A stretch of DNA of 64,000 nucleotides from Eubacteriales bacterium (GCA_045535815.1 JAZSMJ010000041.1:6159-70158); one strand, 5' to 3'; counted from the stretch's first letter, positions 28,512 through 37,710 are shown. Notes: a model not told the origin generated them from the letters alone. Translations and numbers: made by a program.

Positions 28512-29906
28512 ATGACAAAAAGATTTTTGATCCTTATACTTGCTGCGGTAATGCTGATAAGTCTTGCCGCTTGCGGTAAAAAGCAGGAGGAGAATATAGA
28601 TCCTATTGAGGATGAGGAGATATCGTCGGAGACCGGGGTCTCGGGTGTCGGAAGAAATCCGATAGACACATCGGTGGAATCGGGTGACGAGAGCGAGACC
28701 GAGGAAAAAACTCAGCAAAATGACGACCGCAGACTCAGCCTTGCCGTTTTCGAGCTTGACGATAAGATGGATATATGCGGATTTGCGGTTACCGAGCTTC
28801 CTTTCTGCTCGGGTATCCTTGAGGCGAGAAATTACACCCTTCTCGGAGATGCCGTTGCCGATATCAAGCTTCGTGTAAACGGTGAGATAAACGCAGTCTT
28901 AAGAGTTGCCGGAAATGAGTATGCAGGCGCTGATATAAGCGGAGTATTTACAGAATTTGACGATACGGGAACGATAGTTTCCGCAGGCAAGAGCGTTGAC
29001 TGGAATGCAACCGATGACGGAGAATACCTGCTCAGATGGATGGACAGCAAATTTGTATATTCTCTCTATTTTGAAAATGCGTCCGAGAATCTTGCGCTTG
29101 GTCTGATAGACGATTTTATAGAAGATACGGTAGTTGTCGGTGAATCTATCTATTCCGAGCCTCAGACCGAAGAGAGCGAAACGGAGACAGATACCGAAAC
29201 AGACTTGGAAAGCGAAGAGGAGACCGAGCCTCAGACCGAGCCGGTAAGGACTTTATCTATAGATTACGATGAAAGCTCATACAGTCATTACGATGATGAC
29301 GGTATGCTTCTCCTTAACGTTTCTTACAAATACCCCGTTCTTTCGGGCACAGACGGTGCTGATGCCATAAACTCATTCTTCTCATCCGACAAATATGCGT
29401 TTGAGCAGAATGCGCAGGAGTATCAGATACACGCAAAGGAAGCGTATGACGATAACAGCGATGCATTTGTCGGATTTGAGCTTTATATCGATTACAGCAA
29501 GGAGCGCTCCGATGCAAAGGTAGTAAGCTTCAGCGGATATATGTACGACTATACCGGAGGTCCGCATCCTAACGGCGGAATGTTCGGCGAGAGCTTCAAT
29601 GCGCAGACAGGCGAGCACCTGAAGCTTGAGGACATAACCGATAATCTTATTGCCCTCAGAACCTTCGTGGTCAACCGCATAAAGTCGGAGCTTAAGGATT
29701 CCGACCGTGCAAACGAGCTTTATAACGGATATGAGGACAGCATTATATCGTTCGTATGCGACAATTCGTGGTGCCTTACCGATGAGGGCATAATGTTCTA
29801 CTGTAATCCTTATATTATTGCGCCACATGCGGCAGGTGTGTTTGAGTTTACCATACCCTACGCTGACATTGCAGAATACGTTATACCGGAGATACTTCCG
29901 GAATAA
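28512..29906 (+). CDS. lipoprotein with C-terminal DUF3298/RsiV-like domain
   Basis: Lipobox LAACG and acidic linkers. The C-terminal YTGGPHPNGG ... CNPYIIAPHAAGVFEFTIPY matches the DUF3298 pattern. Confidence 0.7.
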   Translation: MTKRFLILILAAVMLISLAACGKKQEENIDPIEDEEISSETGVSGVGRNPIDTSVESGDESETEEKTQQNDDRRLSLAVFELDDKMDICGFAVTELPFCSGILEARNYTLLGDAVADIKLRVNGEINAVLRVAGNEYAGADISGVFTEFDDTGTIVSAGKSVDWNATDDGEYLLRWMDSKFVYSLYFENASENLALGLIDDFIEDTVVVGESIYSEPQTEESETETDTETDLESEEETEPQTEPVRTLSIDYDESSYSHYDDDGMLLLNVSYKYPVLSGTDGADAINSFFSSDKYAFEQNAQEYQIHAKEAYDDNSDAFVGFELYIDYSKERSDAKVVSFSGYMYDYTGGPHPNGGMFGESFNAQTGEHLKLEDITDNLIALRTFVVNRIKSELKDSDRANELYNGYEDSIISFVCDNSWCLTDEGIMFYCNPYIIAPHAAGVFEFTIPYADIAEYVIPEILPE

Positions 29907-29927
29907 ATAAGATAAAGAAGGCTGTTT

Positions 29928-31001
29928 ATGAAGGAATTTGACAGCGTTTGCGTTATAATTCCGTCTCTTGACCCCGACGAAAAGCTGAAGGGCGTTGTCG
30001 ACGGACTTATAGAAGAGGGCTTTAGCAAAATAATATTGGTGGATGACGGAAGCCGAGCTGAAAATAAGAAATATTTTCCCGATAATGCCGAGTGCACGAG
30101 GCTTACCCACGAGGTAAACAAAGGCAAGGGAAGAGCGCTCAAGACTGCGTTTTCCTACGTTCTCGAAAATGCGCAGGCAATGGGCGTTACCGGAGTAATA
30201 ACCGTTGACGGAGACGGCCAGCATAAGCCGTCCGATATTGCCGCTTGTGCAAGACGGATGCTGGCGGAAAGCACCATCGTTTTGGGCGTGCGTGACTTTT
30301 CGCTTGACGGTGTCCCGAAAAGAAGCAGATTCGGAAATAATACCACCTCTTTGGTGTTCCGCCTTGTGTTCGGGATCAGACTGAGCGATACGCAAACGGG
30401 CTTGCGTGCCATACCGTGTCAGCATCTTGCAACGCTGGCAGAGGCTGAGGGCGAGCGCTTTGAATATGAGACCAATATGCTTCTTTTGATGAAAAGAAGC
30501 GGTATATCCTTTGTCGAGGAAAAGATAGAAACCGTTTATATAGAGGAGAACAAGACCTCGCATTTCAAGCCTGTCAAGGACTCGCTCCGTATATACGGAA
30601 TTCTTATAAGATTCATACTTTCGTCCTGCGCATCAGCGCTGATAGACGTTTTGGCTTATTGGATATTGCACAGGCTTTTGTCGGGATCTCTTCTTGGCAG
30701 TACGGTATTGGTCTGCACGGTGATCGCAAGGCTAATGTCGTCTGTTGCAAATATGTTATTAAATAAAAACGGAGTTTTCAAGAACTCCGTTGGCATCGGG
30801 CGCACGGTAATCAGATATTATGCGCTTGCCGTACCGATAATGCTGGCGTCTGCGCTTGCAGTAAAGGGGCTGACCCTGCTTTTCGGCGTGTCGGCTTCAA
30901 GCAGCACGTTATCGACGCTCATAAAGATACCGGTGGATACTCTGCTGTTTTTCATAAGCTTCAGAATTCAGCACAACTGGGTGTTTTCCGATAAAAAATA
31001 A
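29928..31001 (+). CDS. family 2 glycosyltransferase fused to a GtrA-like membrane domain
   Basis: The N-terminal half has the GT2 motifs VDDGS and TVDGDGQH. The C-terminal 130 aa form four TM helices of GtrA type. Confidence 0.8.
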   Translation: MKEFDSVCVIIPSLDPDEKLKGVVDGLIEEGFSKIILVDDGSRAENKKYFPDNAECTRLTHEVNKGKGRALKTAFSYVLENAQAMGVTGVITVDGDGQHKPSDIAACARRMLAESTIVLGVRDFSLDGVPKRSRFGNNTTSLVFRLVFGIRLSDTQTGLRAIPCQHLATLAEAEGERFEYETNMLLLMKRSGISFVEEKIETVYIEENKTSHFKPVKDSLRIYGILIRFILSSCASALIDVLAYWILHRLLSGSLLGSTVLVCTVIARLMSSVANMLLNKNGVFKNSVGIGRTVIRYYALAVPIMLASALAVKGLTLLFGVSASSSTLSTLIKIPVDTLLFFISFRIQHNWVFSDKK

Positions 31002-31022
31002 TTCAAGAAATGAGACCGTGTT

Positions 31023-31592
31023 ATGTTAGAAACAATACAGAATATTGACTTTGCGGTAATAGACTTTATCCAGGAGCATATAAGATGTGCATTTCTGGAT
31101 ACGGTGCTTCCCATAATAACAAACTTTGCCGAAGCGGGTATCGGATGGATAGCGCTTGCGGTGTTGCTTCTTTTCTTTAAGAAAACGAGAAAGACTGCGC
31201 TTATGATGGGCGTTGCCCTTATTCTCGGCCTTCTTATAGGAAACGCAACTCTGAAGCCTCTTGTCGCAAGAATAAGACCATACGATATAAATACTGCGGT
31301 AGAGCTTTTAGTAGCTCCGCTTCACGATTTTTCTTTCCCGTCGGGACATACTCTTGCATCGTTTGAATGTGCAGGCGTTCTGATGATAAGAGACAAGCGC
31401 CTCGGCATACCTGCCCTCGTTCTTGCGATAATAATCGCCTTTTCAAGACTGTATCTTTACGTCCACTATCCTACCGATATTATCGTAGGAGCGCTGCTCG
31501 GACTTCTGTTTGCCTTTGTAGGCGTTTTTGTGATAAATAAGATCTTCGATACAGTCGAGACTCGCACCGGCAAAAAGGTAAGCTGGATATAA
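31023..31592 (+). CDS. PAP2 family phosphatase (undecaprenyl-diphosphatase-like)
   Basis: KPLVARIRP, PSGH and SRLYLYVHYPTD motifs. Confidence 0.8.
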   Translation: MLETIQNIDFAVIDFIQEHIRCAFLDTVLPIITNFAEAGIGWIALAVLLLFFKKTRKTALMMGVALILGLLIGNATLKPLVARIRPYDINTAVELLVAPLHDFSFPSGHTLASFECAGVLMIRDKRLGIPALVLAIIIAFSRLYLYVHYPTDIIVGALLGLLFAFVGVFVINKIFDTVETRTGKKVSWI

Positions 31593-31617
31593 TATTGAAT
31601 GCAAAACGCACCTGATA

Positions 31618-31832
31618 GGCGTTGTGTCCTTTGACACAACGCCAGTTCTATTCGCGGCGCTCACATAGTGAGCGCTTGCGAGTTATATTGCTTCGCAGTG
31701 ATATTGCCTTTGCAGTTATATGTGCTTCGCACGCTTGCATAGAAAGGCGAATAGAATATAACTGCTCTGCCACAAGAGCAATATAACTTTTGCAAAGCAA
31801 AAATATCACGCTGTCAAAGACAGCATATCACT
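31618..31832. repeat. intergenic array of small hairpins and AGT(T/G)ATAT motifs in both orientations
   Basis: Perfect hairpins at 31618-31643 (11 bp), 31657-31675 (8 bp) and 31810-31824. Motif copies run forward at 31681, 31697 and 31714, and reverse at 31754, 31778, 31798 and 31823. GCAATATAACT at 31778 is the exact reverse complement of the copy at 31681. Confidence 0.8.
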
Positions 31833-31982
31833 AATCACTTTCAGATGAAGTGCAGTTAATTACCACTGAAAAAAGGTGGCTGGAATATAGAAGAGCCGGT
31901 ACGGAATCAAATCCATATCGGCTCTTTTGCTGTTCTTATGTGACTTGCATATATCGGTGTATTTTTAAATGGTTTGCTCGGC

Positions 31983-32561
31983 TCAGCCGTCCAGAGATCT
32001 TACGTCAACGCAAATACCTTTTTTTCGCAATGCTTTTGAGGATGCTACGCTGTTTTCCCATTTACTTCCGTCCGAAAAATCCACGCTGTATATGTACAGC
32101 TCAACGTCGCCGTCATAGCCTTTTATAAACTGATGCGATGAAAAAACGGAGCTTCCCGAGGGTATTTCGACACCCTTGTAGGTAAGGATCTGAGGGGCGG
32201 TCCTTTCTATTATCTTGTAGATGTTGCTCTGCACGCTAAAAAAGCTGAGCGAGGTAATGCTTTTGTCGGTAAGGTTGGTAATAAAAAGCGTAAGCTCCTG
32301 CATTCCGGTACTGCTTTTGTCTATCGAAGCGCTGACGTTTATATTACATTCGCCGTTAAATGCTTTCGGTGATTCGGGATCCTTGCTTTCTTTTGATGGC
32401 TGGTAAAGATTGATAGCGGTGATTGCTATTGCAGTCAAAAGCAATATCCAGAACCAAGGCTTTTTATAAAGTGGCGACTCTCGTCTTTCGGGGCAAAATT
32501 CGCACGCCTGAGCACCTTTGTCTTTTAATTCGCACGATCTGCATTCAACGGTTTTTCTCAT
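31983..32561 (-). CDS. hypothetical zinc-ribbon / single-TM / extracellular beta-rich protein
   Basis: RBS AAGGAG. N-terminal CRSC...CEFC, one TM helix (WFWILLLTAIAITAINL) and a roughly 130-aa extracytoplasmic domain. Confidence 0.6.
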   Translation of the reverse strand: MRKTVECRSCELKDKGAQACEFCPERRESPLYKKPWFWILLLTAIAITAINLYQPSKESKDPESPKAFNGECNINVSASIDKSSTGMQELTLFITNLTDKSITSLSFFSVQSNIYKIIERTAPQILTYKGVEIPSGSSVFSSHQFIKGYDGDVELYIYSVDFSDGSKWENSVASSKALRKKGICVDVRSLDG

Positions 32562-32710
32562 AAAAATAGTCTCCTTTTGGGCGTATACCGTATGGTATAA
32601 TAGTATTAATTTAACTACATAGGCATAAAATAGTCTATATAGTTTATTCTATTATAATACAATTGCCTATATAATTCAAGTATAAATGAATTATTTGAGA
32701 GAGTTTTTTT

Positions 32711-33043
32711 ATGAATTATTATAACATCGGACAACAGATCAGAAAATACAGAAGAGCGCAGGGAATGTCGCAGGAGCAGCTTTCGGAGAGAGTAGGCATA
32801 TCAGTAACGCATATGAGCCATATCGAAACCGGGAACACTAAGCTTAGCCTTGCGGTGTTCGTTGATATAGTGCAAGCGCTTGACGTCACTGCCGACGATC
32901 TGCTCTCGGACGGCACTTCGGGCAGAAAAGCTTCATTTGACGAGGTGAATTCTCTGCTTGACGGATGCACTACAAAGCAACTGCGTATTATCACCGATAT
33001 AATTAAGGCAACCAAAGCCTCGCTTGATAAGCACGAGGTCTAA
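32711..33043 (+). CDS. XRE-family helix-turn-helix transcriptional regulator
   Basis: HTH_3 signature QQIRKYRRAQGMSQEQLSERVGISVTHMSHIETG. Divergent from 31983-32561. Confidence 0.8.
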   Translation: MNYYNIGQQIRKYRRAQGMSQEQLSERVGISVTHMSHIETGNTKLSLAVFVDIVQALDVTADDLLSDGTSGRKASFDEVNSLLDGCTTKQLRIITDIIKATKASLDKHEV

Positions 33044-33104
33044 GCGGTGTGCTGACATAATAGCATCAAAAAAGCCGTCCTTTGGCGCACCTGCTATAAA
33101 TCAG

Positions 33105-33137
33105 AAAAAGCATCATCTATATAGGTGGTGCTTTTTT
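33105..33137 (+). terminator. intrinsic terminator after the small XRE gene
   Basis: AAAAAGCATCATC-TATATAG-GTGGTGCTTTTTT, a stem that includes G-U pairs. Confidence 0.6.
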
Positions 33138-33247
33138 CAACTGCGAGTTGAACAAAGTCGCTTAGGATGTTATTGAATAAACAATCATTCTATGATATAA
33201 TCACAACACAAGATAGGCGCCATCTTGATATTTGGAGGTGTATAACT

Positions 33248-34021
33248 ATGAATATTGGAAATAAAATCAAAGAATTACGAAAGCAACGAGAAATTACCCA
33301 AGAGCAACTCGCTAATAGCATCGGGATTTCGTTTCAAGCAGTAAGCAAATGGGAAAATGGTATTGCTTTGCCCGATATCACACTCGCTCCCATCTTGGCG
33401 AGCTATTTTGGTGTTTCGATGGATGAATTGTTTGAATTTAATCTAAAAGAGATCGAAACCGCCATTGATACCATTGTAAATGATGCATACAAATTCAGAG
33501 AGTCAGATCCCCCGAAAAGCAGAGCTATTCTCGAAGAAGGTTTAAAAGAATATCCCGACAACGAGGTTTTGCTCAACAATCTTTTGTATGTATTGAATTA
33601 CTCAAAAAATCCAGATGAAACCATATCAATTGCAAGTTCCTTGATTGAGAAAACAAATCAAACCGATATTAAATACGATGCATTAAGATTTCTTGCATAT
33701 GCGTACAAGGCTAAGGGCGACTTAAAAAGTGCGGAATCGGCTATTGAGCAAATACCGGAGATTTATTTTACTAAGCTTACAGAAATGGCGTACCTCTTAG
33801 AAGGTAAACCTAAATACGAAGCGGCAGAAAAGCAGAAATGGATATCATTTGAAAATCTTATTCAAATGATGGAAAAGCTTGCAGAATATTACGAGTCGGA
33901 AGGAATGAAGATAGAAGCTATCGAAGAACGCAAGAAAGCATTAAAATTTATTGCTATTATAGAAAACAATGCGTATGATGCTTATGTCAGATTTTTTAAT
34001 GATAAAATTAAAAATAATTAG
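33248..34021 (+). CDS. XRE-HTH regulator with C-terminal TPR-like helical repeat domain
   Basis: Trimmed to MNIGNKIKELRKQREITQEQLA, with RBS GGAGG and its own TTGAAT-17-TATAAT promoter. The C-terminal roughly 190 aa are helical and TPR-like. Low GC. Confidence 0.7.
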   Translation: MNIGNKIKELRKQREITQEQLANSIGISFQAVSKWENGIALPDITLAPILASYFGVSMDELFEFNLKEIETAIDTIVNDAYKFRESDPPKSRAILEEGLKEYPDNEVLLNNLLYVLNYSKNPDETISIASSLIEKTNQTDIKYDALRFLAYAYKAKGDLKSAESAIEQIPEIYFTKLTEMAYLLEGKPKYEAAEKQKWISFENLIQMMEKLAEYYESEGMKIEAIEERKKALKFIAIIENNAYDAYVRFFNDKIKNN

Positions 34022-34111
34022 ATTGACACTGAAACACGAGTAATCGCTTTTGTGTCCACAAAAGCAGTGCTTGACAGGAAATTTGACAAGTTATAGATGA
34101 ACATAAAAAAA

Positions 34112-34237
34112 GGCTCCCTTGTGTAAAGGGAGCTGACGCCGTAGGCGGCTGAGGGATTGTTTTACAATAAAATTTTGTATTTACAATCCCTCCGTCTCGC
34201 TTTACGCGAGCCACCTCCCTTTACACAAGGGAGGCTC
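34112..34237. repeat. 126-bp compound palindromic (REP/MITE-like) element
   Basis: The left arm GGCTCCCTTGTGTAAAGGGAGC...GAGGGATTGT mirrors the right arm ACAATCCCTC...CCTCCCTTTACACAAGGGAGGCTC. Each arm holds an internal hairpin (GCCGTAGGCGGC and TCTCGCTTTACGCGAG). Confidence 0.8.
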
Positions 34238-34298
34238 ATTAACGCCCGACGGTACACCTAAAGGTGTAACACACTATACCTTGCAATATAAGCCGCGT

Positions 34299-34343
34299 GA
34301 AAAGGAGTACGAACAAAATTGCTCGTACTCCTTTTGATTTTTT
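34299..34343. terminator. bidirectional terminator
   Basis: AAAAGGAGTACGA-loop-TCGTACTCCTTTT followed by GATTTTTT. Confidence 0.75.
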
Positions 34344-34388
34344 GGTAGGTCAAATCTGATTTATGAAACATACCCTTGAGGGCTTTTT

Positions 34389-35174
34389 TCATTTCTTTCC
34401 TTTAATAACCTGTATACCTGCTTCAGTAAGTGTATTTTCTGCATCCTCGGTAATTCCGTTATCGGTAACGAGTGCGGAAACCGTACTGAGCGGAGCAAAG
34501 AAGGAGAATGAACTTCTTCCTATCTTACTGCTGTCGGCAAGAAGATATACCTTTGCACTTATATCTATCATAGTGCGCTTTACCTCTGCCTGACCGGGAT
34601 CGGGGGTTGCAAGACCTCTTACAAGAGATATAGCGTTTGTCGCAAGGAACAGCTTGTCTACCGAAAATCCCTTGATGGTATTTATGGTTACCGGTCCGAC
34701 CGTGCAATGCATATTGTGACGGACCGTACCGCCCATAAGCATTACCGATATATCGGGGACCGATTCAAGCACCTGAGCGATCTCTATATCGTTCGTAACT
34801 ACGTTCAGTCTATGTCTTGCTCCGCCGAGAAGCTTTGCAAGCTCGAGCGTGGTCGTGCCGGTATCGAGGGCAATGGCGTCACCGTCGTCTATCAACTCGA
34901 GTGCGCTCTGTGCGATCGATCGCTTCTGATCTGCGTGGGAAACCTTTTTCTTATCCGATGCACGCTCAAAAAGATTTCTGTCAACCGAGATAGCGCCTCC
35001 GTGAGTGCGCTGAAGCAGTCCTGCCTCGTCAAGATCCCGAAGATCGCTTCTTATAGTTGCGGGGGAAACGCCGAATTTCTCGCACAGCTCGTGCGAATAT
35101 ATCTTAGACGTCTTTTTTAGCATACTGAGTATTTCAGCCTTGCGCTCTTCTGCAAACATAACGGTATTGTCCAT
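34389..35174 (-). CDS. DeoR/GlpR family transcriptional regulator
   Basis: N-terminal DeoR HTH (RKAEILSMLKK...VSPATIRSDLRDL) and a C-terminal sugar-phosphate-binding DeoRC domain. Confidence 0.85.
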   Translation of the reverse strand: MDNTVMFAEERKAEILSMLKKTSKIYSHELCEKFGVSPATIRSDLRDLDEAGLLQRTHGGAISVDRNLFERASDKKKVSHADQKRSIAQSALELIDDGDAIALDTGTTTLELAKLLGGARHRLNVVTNDIEIAQVLESVPDISVMLMGGTVRHNMHCTVGPVTINTIKGFSVDKLFLATNAISLVRGLATPDPGQAEVKRTMIDISAKVYLLADSSKIGRSSFSFFAPLSTVSALVTDNGITEDAENTLTEAGIQVIKGKK

Positions 35175-35240
35175 TACCTTGAGCTCTCCTTTGGTGATTT
35201 AGATTAGTTATAGATTTTTTGCCGTGAAAAGCAAGACGGG

Positions 35241-36425
35241 TCAGCAGTATCTGAATTCTACCGTCGTCAGCGTTTCAAAGGCTTCATCCTCAAGCGCCTT
35301 GAAATCGAGCTTGTTTTCCTGAAGGAGCACCTTTTCAAGATCGGGCTTGGTTTTGGGATGTCTTGGTGTGAATACCGTACAGCAGTCCTCGTACGGCTGT
35401 ATGGACGTTTCAAACGTGCCTATCTTTCTTGATATCTCAACTATTTCGTCCTTGTCCATACCTATGCAGGGTCTGAAAACGGGCATATCGACGGCATTAT
35501 CGGTAACGCCGAGTGCCTGCATGGTCTGAGAAGCAACCTGGCCTAAGCTTTCGCCCGTGATAAGTGCTCCGCAACCTCGCTTCTGTGCGGTGCGCTGTGC
35601 AAGGCGCATCATATATCTGCGGAGAAGAAGGGTAAAATAATCCTCGTCGCAGTTATCTCTGAGCGCTTCCTGTATCTTTGTAAGGGAGATAACGTGAACC
35701 TTTATTCTGCAGGTATATTCCGACAGCTTTTTGGCAAGCTCGAATACCTTTTCTCTTGCTCTCTCGGAGGTGTATGGGAAGCTTTCGAAGTGAAGCGCCT
35801 CTATGGTAACTCCTCTTTTTGCCATCATATATCCTGCAACCGGGCTGTCAATACCGCCCGACAGCAAAAGCAGTCCCTTTCCGTTTGATCCGCAGGGCAT
35901 ACCGCCTGCGCCCTTGAACTGTCCTGCGTGAATGAATGCTCCGTGCTCTCTTATCTCTATCTTTACGACAACGTCGGGATAGTTTACGTCAACTGCAACG
36001 TGAGGCATTGCCTCAGAAAGCTCTCCGCCCACCTCTTTTGATATCTGTATGGAGGTCATGGGGAACGCCTTGTCGCTTCGCTTTGCCTCGCACTTGAAGC
36101 TTCTGTATCCGCCCATAAACTGCGGAACGTATTCGATTGCGGTCTTTTTGATGGTTTCAATATCCTTTTCGCACTGTGCGGCACGGCAGACTGCCGCTAT
36201 TCCGAACACCTTTTTAAGCTCGTCAAAAGCGTCCTCGATAAGATCGTTTCCGCCGTTTATCTGCTCAACGTATACGGTGCTCTGCGATCTTTTTACCGAA
36301 AAAGCTCCCTCTTCGATGCGATTGAGTCTTCTTTTTATTTCTCTCTCAAGGAAGCCCTCAAAATAGCTTCTGTTAAGTCCCTTGAGCACAAGCTCTCCGT
36401 ATTTGGCAAGTAAAATTTCCTTCAA
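35241..36425 (-). CDS. thiI: tRNA 4-thiouridine(8) synthase
   Basis: TTG start after GAGGA. THUMP domain plus the PP-loop SGGIDSPVA. Confidence 0.88.
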   Translation of the reverse strand: MKEILLAKYGELVLKGLNRSYFEGFLEREIKRRLNRIEEGAFSVKRSQSTVYVEQINGGNDLIEDAFDELKKVFGIAAVCRAAQCEKDIETIKKTAIEYVPQFMGGYRSFKCEAKRSDKAFPMTSIQISKEVGGELSEAMPHVAVDVNYPDVVVKIEIREHGAFIHAGQFKGAGGMPCGSNGKGLLLLSGGIDSPVAGYMMAKRGVTIEALHFESFPYTSERAREKVFELAKKLSEYTCRIKVHVISLTKIQEALRDNCDEDYFTLLLRRYMMRLAQRTAQKRGCGALITGESLGQVASQTMQALGVTDNAVDMPVFRPCIGMDKDEIVEISRKIGTFETSIQPYEDCCTVFTPRHPKTKPDLEKVLLQENKLDFKALEDEAFETLTTVEFRYC

Positions 36426-36442
36426 TTTCTGATCCTCGCTCT

Positions 36443-37699
36443 TTATCGTATTTGACCGTTACCGTCTATCGTGTATTTAACGGTGGTAAGGGCGTCAAGA
36501 CCCATCGGGCCTCTTGCGTGCATCTTCTGCGTGGAGATGCCTATCTCGGCGCCGAGACCGAATTCTCCGCCGTCCGTAAAGCGTGTGGAGGCGTTTACGT
36601 AAACTGCGGCGGCATCGACCTCTCTTTTGAATAGCTCTGCATTTTCAAGACTGCGTGTGATTATAGCCTCGCTGTGTCCCGTGTTGTGCAGATTTATATG
36701 GGAGATGGCTTCTTTTACGTCAGACACTATCTTTACCGAGATGATATAGTCGTTATATTCGGTATAAAAATCCTGCTCGGTTGCAACTATAGCTGACGGG
36801 AGTATTGCGAGAGTTTTATCGCAGCCCCGTATCTCAAGAGAGAATTTTTCGGTAGCTTTTGCAAATTTCGGCAGAAATTCAGCCGCTACTGCCTCGTGCA
36901 CAAGCAGGCTTTCAGCCGCATTGCATACCGACGGACGTGAGGTCTTGGCATTGACTGTGACCTTTATTGCCATATCGATATCTGCACTCTCGTCTATATA
37001 TACGTGGCAGTTGCCTGCACCCGTTTCGATAACGGGAACTGATGCGTTTTCCACAACGCTTTTGATAAGTCCCTTTCCGCCTCTGGGGATAAGCACGTCG
37101 ATAAGCCCCCTCATATTCATAAGGGCTACCGAGCTGTCTCTTGAGGTGTCTTCTATCAGGCAGGCGGCATTCTTATCTATGCCGCATTCATGGAGCGCAC
37201 GCTGAATGAGTGAAATGATGGCGGTGTTGGTAAATATAGCCTCTTTTCCGCCTCTGAGCACTACTGCGTTTCCCGTTTTGATGCAGAGCGCCGCCGCATC
37301 TGCGGTAACGTTTGGTCTTGCCTCGTATATCATACCGACAACGCCTAAGGGAACCTTTTTGCAGGATATAACGAGACCGTTCGGTCTTGTTGTGATGCTG
37401 CCCGAGCCGATAGGATCGGCAAGAGATACGACCGCCCGAAGCGAATCGGCTATGCCGTGTATCCGTCTCTCGTCAAGCGAGAGGCGGTCTATCATAGTTT
37501 TGGCAACGCCGTTTTCGTTTGCCTTTTCTATATCCTTTGCATTGGCTGATATTATATCCTCTGCATTCTCGCATAAAAGCTGAGCTATACGGAGTATAGC
37601 CTCATTCTTCATCTGCGTCGAGGCTGACGCTATTGAAGAGGAGGCTTTTTTTGCAGCTTCACACAGAGATCTTACGTAATTTAAGGTATTATTTTCCAT
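36443..37699 (-). CDS. proA: glutamate-5-semialdehyde dehydrogenase
   Basis: Trimmed to MENNTLNYV (RBS AAGGAG). ProA-like aldehyde dehydrogenase fold. Sits immediately after proB. Confidence 0.88.
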   Translation of the reverse strand: MENNTLNYVRSLCEAAKKASSSIASASTQMKNEAILRIAQLLCENAEDIISANAKDIEKANENGVAKTMIDRLSLDERRIHGIADSLRAVVSLADPIGSGSITTRPNGLVISCKKVPLGVVGMIYEARPNVTADAAALCIKTGNAVVLRGGKEAIFTNTAIISLIQRALHECGIDKNAACLIEDTSRDSSVALMNMRGLIDVLIPRGGKGLIKSVVENASVPVIETGAGNCHVYIDESADIDMAIKVTVNAKTSRPSVCNAAESLLVHEAVAAEFLPKFAKATEKFSLEIRGCDKTLAILPSAIVATEQDFYTEYNDYIISVKIVSDVKEAISHINLHNTGHSEAIITRSLENAELFKREVDAAAVYVNASTRFTDGGEFGLGAEIGISTQKMHARGPMGLDALTTVKYTIDGNGQIR

Positions 37700-37710
37700 A
37701 TCGCTCTCCT

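Noticed and set aside
31850-32128. A 92-aa plus-strand ORF overlapping the 3' end of the zinc-ribbon membrane protein gene.
   Set aside because: It starts inside the repeat-rich gap with no RBS, overlaps a better-supported minus-strand CDS, and has an Arg/Cys-rich, improbable sequence.
34008-34214. A 68-aa ORF on the minus strand, plus a 9-codon plus-strand ORF (MNIKKGSLV, about 34098-34127) considered as a possible quorum-sensing peptide gene for the XRE-TPR regulator.
   Set aside because: Both are produced by the arms of the 126-bp palindromic element. There is no RBS, and no signal-peptide or pro-peptide features.
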